NCBI RefSeq assembly: GCF_018977255.1
Contig: NW_024704743.1
Location: 50,594,001 to 50,658,000, forward strand
Length of the DNA stretch: 64,000 nt
From: Callorhinchus milii
Taxonomy: Eukaryota
Reading direction: 5' to 3'
Numbering within the stretch: position 1 is the first letter of the stretch; every line of letters starts with the position of its first letter. Under the pieces are notes generated by a model, which saw only the letters and a list, made by a program, of their open reading frames with translations, made no database searches and was not told where the DNA came from. Shown here in pieces: positions 38,559 through 50,200 of this stretch. Both the position numbers and the translations under genes were made by a program.

Positions 38559-41500
38559 CTGTCGACCTGCTGTCTTGTTAACTGACCTACATATGTTACT
38601 GTGCCACGTGATCAAATTGTGATGACTGGCATTTCGAGAAAAATCTGAAATGTGCTAAAAACAGTGGAAGTGATCTCGTGTCAAGTGGAAATCCGGGTTA
38701 GTGCCACGTGCAGTCCATTACATCAAAATTCTTTCCAAATGCGTTTCCTCCCAATACAGATGTAGATCAAAACACCTCTGGCTCTGAATGAGTGAAGAAC
38801 CAGAGCCTGAATCAATCAAAATCACGAAATCAACCAGATTCCTTGAAAAAAGAATCAAAATCATTGTGTGCAATTGGCTGCCACGTTTTGCCCACAAAAT
38901 ATAAAGTCAATTCACTTGACAGTATATTCTGTGAAGCACTTTGAGATATCTCAAAGATGTGATAACGCACTATATTGAATGCAAGGATTATTATTATATT
39001 ATTCAAACTAGAGCAGGCACATAGAACGTTGGCCTGAGGCTAATTAGAAGAATCGGGTGTGAGCAGCAGAAATGGCCAGATACCAATAATAGATGTGAAA
39101 TACGTGAATAAGTGAGGTGAATACATTTAGCAGTGGAATTTTAACTGGGGAAAAAAAATAAGTGCTAACGTTACGGGCAATTTTGATATGAAATCAAACT
39201 CAACTTAAAATTTATCAGCGTTGGAATGAATTTACAGAGTTAGACACTAAGTTAAATCCAGACCACTTTAGCACCACAAAATAAATCATTCCACACTTTT
39301 TTTTAAGAACTATGACATTTCTTCTAATAACAAGTGGAATTCCACCCTCCCAGTTTGTTATATTAAATTCTGGAAGACTTGTAAGCTTCAAATTCTGAGC
39401 TTCAAGGACCAAACACTTTCACATTGATTGGATGTAGTGTACAAAATGAGGATTCTGTGTTTCTGTACAAAGCAATATTCATTTCATCCAAGTCCAAGTC
39501 CATCACCATGAGCCCTAGGGTCACCTGTCACGTAATGACCCAAAACACAAAGCCTTTCATAGTCTATGGTGTTATCTACAATAGTGTAGACACATCTCTG
39601 GAATGATGGATGTTTAAGAGTGAGTGAGAAGACCAATTTAAAACAAGGACTTTCTGTTGAGGCTATAACCTGAGATCAGTCCTCTAGAGCATTGTGCATG
39701 TGAGCAAAACCTCAACTTTCAACTGGAGGCTTTTAATGTTTCAACCAACTACAGGTCCATTTTTTAAAATGTGTATGAATAGAATGTGTATAAATAAATG
39801 TGTATAAAGAACCAGCTGGGAGCCCAAGTTGGCAGTAGGGGGCGTCAAGGAAGGAGGGAGGGAAAGGTGACCAAAAACTCAGTTAAGAAGAAAGGTTTTA
39901 AGGTGGATGGTGGTATAAATATAATTTGTTGTTGTTGCTGAGTGAAAGGAGTGGGAGGTGGTAGGGTTGATGGAGGTTGCAGAGGTAGGGTATGGCAAGG
40001 CTATGGAAGTATTTTAAATTGTTAACAACGATCCAAAAAGACATGTCTGCCATTCTGGATTTGTCAGATGATTAAAAAAAATTATTTTAGTTGAGTATAA
40101 TCAGTTACTCTCAGATTGAACTGCAAAATGACAATGCACAAAAAGGATATAAACTTGTTGTGAATTTGCAGGTTGAGCTTCCCTTGTCATTTGCAAGCAT
40201 AGAAATTCATCAGCCTCAGAGTCAATGCTGACCTCATTTTGAGGGTTTTTTTTAGATAAAAAGAGAAAGAAAAGAAAAAAGAAAGAGAGAGGCCCAAGAG
40301 AGTAAAAGAAAGAAGAGAAAAGATGCAAACATTTGTCACTGAGTAAGGACAAGCAGAGGGTAGTTATTAGGAGAGCAATTAAAAATGCCAAAAGGGTTAA
40401 TCAAGATGTCTCGGGGATCTGTACTGGCAGCCCTCCTGGACCTTGTATATGTTAATGATCTGGATTCACAGACTAAGTGCAATGTACTTACATTTGCAGA
40501 TGAGACCAAGAAACTGAGATTGTCAGTTTCAAGTTGTTAAGTCAGTGACATTAGCTTCTGCACTAAAGAAATGGGCAACTTGCAGGTAGGTCATTAGGTC
40601 ACTCTTGATGGCACCTCCTGCATTGCACAGAAAGTGATCCTTGAAATCATCATTTTTTCTGTATTAGCTCAGAAACCCACCAGAATGCAGGGAGTTTGGT
40701 GCTGGTTACCCACATGATTCAGGTCTTTCAAACACTAAGGAGCATAAATAATTCAGATATAGGCTGTCAGCATTGATCCAAAGGATCACAATTGACAAAC
40801 CTCACATTAAAGATAAAAATGTAATTGTCTCCCCATCACCCCATTAACAAGCAGAATTCAGTAGTAAGGGTGTGCAATGCAATAGCCCCACAGTAAAAGT
40901 AATGGACACTGAGTCAATGAACTCCTTCAAAACGAAGCTGGCTAATGATCCGGTTGGGAAGGGTTTGGAGGTTATAGAGCCATGTATGCAACAAAATTGT
41001 ATGCCATGATGTATCTGTTCTACTGGTAGGAAGAATGTTTGTGGGACTGTACGAACAATGAACCAAGGTTAAATTGTGGAGATTTGTGGCCAAATGAAAT
41101 TTTTTTTTTTAACTTGGGGATGAAGAAGTATTTATCGAGAACTTCCTCAGAAAATTAAATAAGTGTTGAAGTATAATAATAAAAATAGACTGTACATCTT
41201 CTGTACAGAGGGCTTTAGAACCAAAGATAGTGCAGCACAGGAGAGGTCTTTTGGCCCATTGAGTAAGCTCGATGGGCCAAATGACAACAATAAATCAATT
41301 CCCTGCTCATTGCACACCATCTTGTACTCTTTATAGTGTCAGAACTAGATTTGAGATTGAACCAGATAATGCCTCAATGGACAATTATCAAGATTTGTTT
41401 TTTTCTCCATCATACAATATTACCATGCAATACAACTTCAACACTCAAGATTTGAATAAACTTGGAAATTTAGCGTTGAATTCCTGGTAATTGTGATCAG

Positions 41501-44084
41501 TTTAAATTTGGCCATTTAAGAGCCTCTTATTTCCTGGAAAAGGTTTCCAAGGAGGCATCAGTCTCAGCCAGATTAGCTCACTTATTATTTTGTATGGTTT
41601 TCCATCTGTCTGAAAGTCTCAAGACCTGTTGAGTAAATTGCAGTGCTAAAGTATATATTTTCTGTCACAAGAGGGAGTTCTCCTAAACACCTTCAATTGC
41701 AGCAATCCAGGATAGGAACATTGCACTCATTCAGAGCGAGTAGCATTTAGATGGGAGGAAAAAGCTACTGTAAGACAGAAGCATTGAATCACATAAATTT
41801 ACAGCACAGGAGTCCATTCAGCCTATCAAGTCTGCACTAGCTCGAAGAGCATGCTGTATTTTAAACAAGAACAACAACTTGCATTTATATAGTGATCGTC
41901 ACGCGGTGTACCATTTTCTGCAGATTGCAATAAAAATAAAAGATTCACCAGCCAAGAGAATGAGTAAATTCCTCAGTCTGATGACAACAATCAATGGTAC
42001 TACTGTATTAAGATGATCTTTGGCATATATATTATTTGCAAGCAATCTGACTAAGGGTTAAATCACTACATGAGGGAGTCATTCTTCTAACTGTTTGCAA
42101 AGCAGTGGAGCAAACCAGAACAGGAAAGGAATCAACGCTGTGCGAGGAAGCATGTTCTTGACAGATTTCCCTCAAGCCCTTCAGGACATTAGACTACCTG
42201 ACCCAAACAGGTGTAATGAAGTTAAGGTTGGTTATCTATCACAGCAGATAAAGAGTAAGTATCTGGTACAACCTGTCTTGTTTGACAAGGCCTTTCAAAT
42301 AACAGGAAGTTATTTCCCTACAGGGAAAGGCAGATAACAAAACCCTAACTGATCATCAGAATAAATTACATTGCCATCAATATGACAGTGAACAACCTAA
42401 ATACTAACTCTGAACACAATTTGGAGAGGCAACAGCTGGTTACAGCACCCTTGGCTGTAGAGTATTATAGATCTATTGTAATAGGAATTAGGATTTTACA
42501 GAAAAATAAACAGGCTCTCAGCAGAAATTATCATCAAAAATTCATATTTCTGCTATTATTACTCATCTAAAGATGTCTACATACCAGAAAATGTAATTTG
42601 TTTTCTGCCACAGAATGTAATTCACTGTGGATAAAACATGTTCTAAAAACTGCAAAGTTGTTACCGCTTGATAATTATCTTCCCTCCTGAGGTTTTTCTT
42701 TTATTCTCTCAAAATTTGTCCTCATTATTCTTCACCACTTCTCTTTCTCAGGTTAGTTACAGCAGCTGTCCTCCAAGGTATTCATCATGGTCTGTGATTT
42801 TTTCTGCCATAGTTACTATCTAGTAAACCAGTAGGAAAGACAAAGGTGATTACCAGTAACAGTAACCTGTGGAATGCTCTCTGAACTCTCGGACCAGAGT
42901 CTTGGTTATTGATCTGGAGTACTACATGCAAATCAAACGGCACAATTCTAATCTGAAAATGATAAGATCCCACTCTGATGATTTTTTTTAAAAAAGCAGT
43001 GATAAAGTCAAGCCAGTCAGATCTTTGGAAAGTACCCTTCATTTTTCATAACCAATAAATTTCTTGCGGTGCCACCATAGATGATACTGAGAGCACTTCT
43101 TTGAAGTGCCAGCTTTTTCAAGAGCCAATTTGTTCAGAGGCAAGGACTTGACGGATATACTTTACAGGGACAGACGGTACAGCTGCATTAGGTCATTTTG
43201 GTTTTTGGTCCCATGAAAGTCCAAATCCTGTAGTAATCCCTGTTAACACTTGACACTCATGTGATTACTTTTGGCACTGAACACAGCCCGATTACTGCTG
43301 TTTACATTTCAGCTTTAAACTATTGGCACTTACAAAGTGGCTTTGTGACAGTCTAGGTGAGAGGGCAACTCCTTTGCAGCTGCACTCTCTCCGCGCATTA
43401 CGTCTTACTGACTGAAATCAATCGCACGCGACCACCAAAGGCGTGTCTCTTTTTATCTCAATGAGAAAATACCTTTGTCACTACAAAGCCTGTCCCAATA
43501 CAAAGCCTTTACCACATTGCTGGAGGTGGAAGCCATTGGATTCTGGAGCACTTCATGCTGAACTAAATTTATCAAAGATTTTGTAGGCATCAGATTGCCC
43601 CAAATTGCTCATAATTTTAGCCGTAAGAGCATTTTCTAACAGTTTAAGATCATTCAGGATTTTGGAATATTCTTAAATTCAGTCTTAATTTGGAAGAACT
43701 GTGGAAAGCTCCAGTCCACTTGTTGCGATGGTTGAAGTGGATGTTAAGCACTATTTAAAGAAGGGCAGAGAGATTGTTGTCGACGTGCCTTATCCAATAT
43801 TTCTTCCTCATCCAAATCCACTATATGTACTAGAATACATTTGGTCATTGATTGCATTGCCATCTGTGGAAAATTTCGATATAAGGTGCCTCAAGAAATA
43901 TTCCTTTATAATATTTCAGATCCAGAATTTTAAGAGCTAATTAATAACCCTAATTACTGCTTTTTATGTCATATCTTAACCCGACATCTAGACATCTCAA
44001 AGCATTCACAGTATTTTACTGATACACTGATTGTGTATTTGCGTAACAGGGTATGTATACAGTTTGAAAGATATGTATGTAAGG

Positions 44085-44370
44085 ATGTGAGTTTGCACAT
44101 TCTTTGGGTTTAAATCCAGCTCAGACTGATGGGATGAGAATCACTTTTCTGCTGGCTGTTAAGGGATCCTATATTTAATATATACAAGCATTCTCAACCT
44201 AGTTCTTTGTGGACACAGGGCCACAGCACATAATTGACAATAAATTGCTATCTCACTGAGAGTAAAGGTGAAAAGGGGAGCTGTTTTGCAAGTGGAAGTT
44301 CACACTGATGTAATTGAGGTAGAATAAAATTGAGCAAACCTTTCTCTGGATTTGGCTGTACTACACCTGA
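44085..44370 (+). mobile_element. LF-SINE-like ancient SINE remnant
   Basis: Colinear blocks gggtttaaatccagctcag, ggctgtt...cctat, tctcaacctagttctttgtggaca, aattgacaataaattg, tctcactgagagtaaagg resemble the LF-SINE consensus as I recall it. Confidence 0.5.
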
Positions 44371-46641
44371 TCATTGAACACACAATACAGAAATCAGAAC
44401 TCTCTTCCTAATTGCCTTGCCTTGCTCCCACCTTCCTTGCTTTCAAAACACTTTTATAAACCTACCTCTCTCTCTCTGACTTCGATCATCTCCCTCCTAC
44501 CCTCCCCGGCTCCCCCACCCCTCTCACCGGCTGCTCGGGTTCCCATTCAGTCTTTATGAAGTGCATTGAAATATCTAACTACAAGAAAAGCACTATACAA
44601 GTGTGAGTTGTCAGGCTGCCAAAACATTGGGAAGGGGTGATGATTTGAATGACAGTAAATTTGGTGGGGTGGGGGGTTGGGATATGTCACCACCCGTTTT
44701 AATTAAAATAATCTATGTGTTGCACCTGTATATAAATCTCTCAACTCAGAGGACATGAAGCTAGGTATAAAGGTTCAATAGTACACTGGATTTTACAGCT
44801 TCATTTCAGCATTTACTGCTAAAGACATTAACAGTGAGACCATGTATATTCCCCAGTGCGTTGTGGTCATTTTTAAACAGTTCCGCTGTTTTACTGAAAT
44901 ATATCCTTGCTCTTCAATAAAAACACAAAGGAAAGTACCTGCTAGTTTTAATCGCATGAAAATCTAATCTTTTCATTTGAACTGGACAAAGTAACTAACA
45001 TCTGGTAGCTCATCTGACACAGAAATATTATCATAGTAACAGTCTTAGCTGAGAGGTTAAACATGGTACATTTACACAGCGTTATTTTAAAAAGCTATTC
45101 GAGATTCCAAATATATTCCTAAAATGTATTTGAAAAATTGAAATAGAATTTGGGATCTCTCCCCCGTCACTCTAAACATGAAATATACATTTACCAACAT
45201 TCAAAGTAAAAACAATTAGGAAAGAATTCATGCAGCTCAGCGTACACACTGGTCCATCAAACATATCCTCCTTCTGTGAATTTTTTTTTAAACAGTCAAG
45301 CTATGGCATCAAGCGGGATCAGGCCACCTGAAGAAGCAGGTTACAAGTAGTGAAGTGAGATGCAATGAACCACTGAAGGTAATAAAAGGTGAAGTTCCAG
45401 AGCGGGAACAGTATCTACTTAAACTACAGCTGTCTTTTAATCCACCAAACCCTTTCATGTCACAATGCTAGATATCTGGGCCTCCAAATAGTGAGCTTCT
45501 TTCACTAACAATTTCAGTAAACTGGAAGAGATTGTCCATCACATTCTGCTATTTACATGAATTTTCTGCCCTGTCTATAACCTGGTTTAAAAGATCAGTT
45601 GTGATAAAAGATCATATACCCTCTTACAGGTCGGAACCTGACTTACTCAGTATAGACGACACAGCCAACTTTTCAAAGTTCACCTCCATCCTTTGTGTAA
45701 CGAGGAACAACATCTCTCAAGAATTGCCTTTTATTTTTAAACATCACATTTATTTCTTTTAGAAGCTAAATAATAATAATTTCATATAAGCTATCATTAA
45801 ATTCAAAATAAATTGTAATTATAGATTTGGCATGGCATTACTTAAAAGAAGGTTGCGTGCGAGAGAGAGAGAGAGAGAAAAATGTAATATGAAAAATGTC
45901 ACCCCTATTATTTTGGTATATTAGTTGCTTTTGCCAAAAAAAGTCACGTTTAATACACTGTGTCAGGATCAAGCATTCCAGATCGGGTGTAGCAAGGACA
46001 TGTGCTGAAATTCCCACCCTCATTCCCACTTTAGAAAAAATGCAAATTTGTAGTTTCTACAAACTCAACAGCTGAAGTATTCCAGAGGTCCAATCCCTTT
46101 GTTGCACTGGATTAACAGTACTTGCTGTGCACAATGAAAACTGATTTGTAACGTCTAAGGAAAAAACATGGAAGATAACATGGAGCAACTTAAACCTTTA
46201 AGTCTAATAACTGCAATTATCAGTGGTACAAACTGCTTTACCAGACTGTGAAGTGGAGTCATTCTGAAAGAATATCTGCACTAAAAGTATCATTACTAAA
46301 AATGTGTGCTTTTTCATTACGAAAAGTAATGATAATCCTTGCATTTGATTAAAGTACAAAGTCAGGAGGGTGTCTCAAAGCGCTTCACAGGATTCACTGT
46401 AAAGTGTAGTAGGTGTATTTTATAACTGAATGGTAATTAGTGTGAGATGCACAAAGACAGTGTAACAAGAGGACACAGTTTCAGAGAGTTTCAAAGGATA
46501 ATTTCAGGACAGACAACAGGAGGTATTTCTCTATTCAGAGGGTAATTAATGACTGGAACAGGTTACCAAGAAGAGTAACAGAAACAGAAGTTGCTGGGAA
46601 CACTCAGCAGGTCAGGCAGCATTTATGAAGAAAGGAAGGTG

Positions 46642-46677
46642 AGTCAACTTTTCGGTCCACGACCCCTCGTCAGAACT
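46642..46677 (-). ncRNA. Minimal type-I hammerhead ribozyme-like motif within the Penelope-like element (possibly inactive)
   Basis: Minus strand AGUU-CUGACGA-GG-GGUC(GUG)GACC-GAAA-AGUU-GACU: conserved CUGAnGA and GAAA core, helix II GGUC/GACC, helix I AGUU/GACU, vestigial helix III. Confidence 0.6.
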
Positions 46678-46781
46678 GGGGCATGTTGGGAGGGAGAGGC
46701 TTTTAAGGGCAAACAGAGAGGGGGGAGACAGGACAAGGAAGACAAAGGAGAAAATGGGGAAGAGGGCAGGGGATGATGGAT

Positions 46782-47283
46782 TAACAACAACAACAAGATT
46801 CCATTTATATTGCGCTTTTCACATCGGGAGGACGTCCCAAGGCACTGGACAGTTGGGTCAGGACCCGAGCAGGGGGGAAATGGTCAGGGTGAGGGAAGGG
46901 AGGGAACGAGGAGGGGGTAGAGAGTCGAGAGGGGAGCTGAAGGCACGGTCAAAGAGAAAGGTCTTGAGACCGGACTTGAAGGAGGAAAGGGAGGAGGCAA
47001 GGCGAAGGCACTGGGGGATAGAGTTCCAGAGCCTCGGGGCTGAGAGGCTGAAAGCCCGGCCACCGATGGTAGGGAGGTTGGGGCGGGGGATGTGGAGCAG
47101 ACCGGAGCCAGAGGAATGGAGGGTATGGACAGGTAAGTAGGGGAATAGTAGGTCGGAGAGGTAGGAGGGAGCGAGGCCGTGAATGGCCTTGTAGGTGAGG
47201 ATGAGGATCTTGAATTCGATCCTCTGGGGGATGGGAAGCCAGTGGAGACGAGCGAGGGTGGGAGTGATGTGGTCGCGAAGCCC
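46782..47283 (-). mobile_element. L2-clade LINE 3' end nested in a Penelope-like element
   Basis: Reverse strand reads HITPTLARLHWLPIPQRIEFKILILTYKAIHGLAPSYLSDLL; (TTG)n tail at about 46783-46796. Confidence 0.9.
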
Positions 47284-50200
47284 TTAAATAAGGGTTAATG
47301 ATGCAAAACAAAGGGGGATTGTAACAAAACAGGGGAATAGAGATGTTAATAATGCAAAACAAAGGGAGATTGTGAAATTGCAACAAAACAGGCAGACCAG
47401 AGAGAGAAAAGGTGAGTCTGGGACCCAGATGATGTGGTAATGGTCACAGAAGAGGGGGAAGGGGAAGGTGAGCTGTTAAGGTCTGAAATTGTTGAAATCA
47501 ATATTGAGGCCAGAGGGCTGTAAGGTCCCTAGCAGATAAATGAGGTACCAAGAAGAGTAGTTGAGGCCAGGAGGCTGGACTCTCTTAATCTGTGAAGGAT
47601 AGGGTGGGTATTTTCGAGGTTGAGATCAAATGGGTCCAAGTGCATTTTTCATCCAAACAAACTTGTGATCTTACGTCTTTCTTACACAATCCTACTGAAC
47701 TTGTTTAAAAAGACAAACTCCAAATAATTTATAGAAATTGAGACTCAGTGAACAAGCTGCAGTATTGGCAAAACAGATCAACTGCTACAGCAGCTTTCAA
47801 ATTACATCTGTTGGTGATTTTCTTGTCACCTTGTGCATTGCATTAAAGAGTTAATTTTGAAGATAGCCTCTCGGCAGTTTTATGAGTGCAGTTATGTGCC
47901 TTGCCACATTCTCCATCGCAAGCTACGGTAGGAGGAGTGGCTGGATTACATCAGTGCATCAGACTAATTGAATCAGAGGGGGAAGAAAGCATCTTGAAGA
48001 TTAAAGACAAACCTGTGCTTCAGTCTCCTGCAAACCCTTACTAATCTCACTTTGACAGGACACAAGGGCAGATAGTTAGAAAAAAATGAACTCAGCTAGT
48101 TCATGCACCGGTTGACATTTTATAGTCATTGAAAAGTGGAGGGGGAATTCTATATTACACCATCCTACATAGTCACCTTACACATTGATTAAGAAAATAA
48201 ATACAAAAGATGATCTAGAAAATAATAATAACCCTTGCATTTGGTAAAAGCCTTTCACATTGTGAGGATGCATAAACATTTTGAAATGGGATACATATTG
48301 TTTATTTTGTAGGTGCACAGCAATATCTCAAACTGCCATGAAGTGAATGACCAATTTTATTTGGGGGGATTGTTGGTGAGGACACCAAGAGAAAAGGTTT
48401 AGAGTTAAGATTCCTAAGGCACTGAGTTCTTGATTTCATCCATTGTTGATACAGAGTGCTTAAGTAAGTCTTCTAAATGTTCAGTCCAGTGAGTGTAATC
48501 ATCCGAGCTGGAAAACTGGGAGATTTGGGGCTAGTAAGGTATATATCAAACAAGTGTTTCAAAGAGCTCAATGTGTTGATGGAAAGCATTTTTGATTGAG
48601 TCATTCTGTTGCAAAACTACATCTATATTCTTCTGATTTCAACACACTTTGTTGATTTAACCATTGGTTAAAATGATGTACAATAACGATCGACTGGCTA
48701 TAATGGGTGACTCACCTGCTGCTACACCTTGTCTTGGCTCAATCCTCGCCACCAACTTTGTTGGTCCTTACTTTGGAACTGGCTCTGCTATCTTAGTGTC
48801 AGATTGTCACTATAGGCGTTGAGGAAACTGAAGCAATTCAGTCAGTATCCTCTCCTGACATTAAAGTGATGATTTATGACATTAAAATAGAGATTCAAAT
48901 CAGGAATGAACCATTAACCTGAGGCCATGGGTGGATGGTGGTGAGGGGGGAGGGCAACACCAGCCTCTACACATCATCCATAAATGGAGAGAAATCTTTG
49001 AGAAAGCTTTGTTTGGATTTTCCAATTTGCCTCAGTTGGGAATGCTTTCAACTGTTGGTCAGTGTTGGGGGTACAAACAGAGCTCGAGTCTAGACTCATG
49101 CTCCATGACTATATCTGGGGAGCACTTGCATTGTTTCCTGTCTTTCAGAGGAAGCATTAAACCTGAGGTCCTAACAACCCATTCAAGTTGATGTTAAAAG
49201 TTTCCATGACTTGATTTAGAAAAGAGAAAAGTTTCTCCGAGAGATCAATCAGATTAATTGGTCAATCATTTCATGAATGTTTGTGCAACCTTACTGACAC
49301 AAATGACTGTTTGGAAAAACAGTTTCTACACTTGTCAGCACTTGGCGACACTGATATGAAAAAGCACTATCAAAAAATACAAGTTAGCACAGTTCTTACT
49401 TTCAGTAGCAATAAGGTGCCTCCTCTGTTATTATTTCAACATAAGTTCACGATAAAAAGGTATATGCTTTGACATTGAAATTAAGTCTCTTAAGGCAGAC
49501 TTCAGTTTTTCATCCATGTTTAACATAAGCCATATGTTCTTTGATCTGCATCTCAAAGGCTCTTTCAGCCTTGCCAACAGTCTCTACACCACCTTCTAAA
49601 GAGATGGCGTTCACGTCCACTTTGTTCTACAGCAGAAGGAGAATTCAGGTTTTACTTAAATGATTCCAGTTTCAGGATTTAGTTTGGATTATCGAAAGCT
49701 TCACTGAATGTCACTGATGTGTGCAAAACACAAGTTTCACACTATCCTTCTTATCTACATGTTGCAAATTGGTTTCGCCCACAAATATACAGTCAATTCA
49801 CTTTACAGTATATTCTGTGAAGCGCTTTGTGACGTCTCAAAAACGTGAAAAGCGCTATATCAAATGCAAGGATTGGGTTTTGGTTATGGGGATTAGATCA
49901 GTCTTCATTGGCTAAATTATTTTTCTATTTCTTGCACTGGGGAAGCAGTATCATCAGCGCTTTAACACTACAGTAAAGCAGCCCTTGTGTTAATTAAATT
50001 GTTGGACCCTCAGGCTGTGTGTCCCAGCTTCATTTCAAGAGAGGTGAGGAGAGCAACTGAGTGCAATAGCAGGATGTCAACAATTCTGTATTAAGGGAGT
50101 GCACAGCACTATCAAGGCAGGACTGGTCGGATCAGTAATAAAAGGCACTGAGAGGAGAATCTAAGGTCAGGGAAAGCAGGTGTCTATTTGTGAGTTTATC

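Larger units (their letters stand above)
46578..47545 (-). mobile_element. Penelope-like element, 5'-truncated (GIY-YIG C-terminus, 3' region and hammerhead motif), interrupted by an L2
   Basis: About 47477-47544 on the minus strand translates to LIYLLGTLQPSGLNIDFNNFRP*, the typical Penelope endonuclease C-terminus. The terminal block cactcagcaggtcaggcagcat is one I recognise from shark Penelope-like elements. Flanked by the direct repeat taccaagaagagta (46564-46577 and 47546-47559). Confidence 0.82.
46440..47672 (+). mobile_element. Old CR1 LINE 3' end split by the Penelope/L2 insertion (46440-46577 and 47546-47672)
   Basis: acaagaggacacagtttcaga (TRGHSF), ttctctattcagagggtaattaatgactggaacaggttacca (QRVINDWNRLP); it continues after the insertion as agagtagttgaggc and ends in a CR1-type tail. 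Confidence 0.72.
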
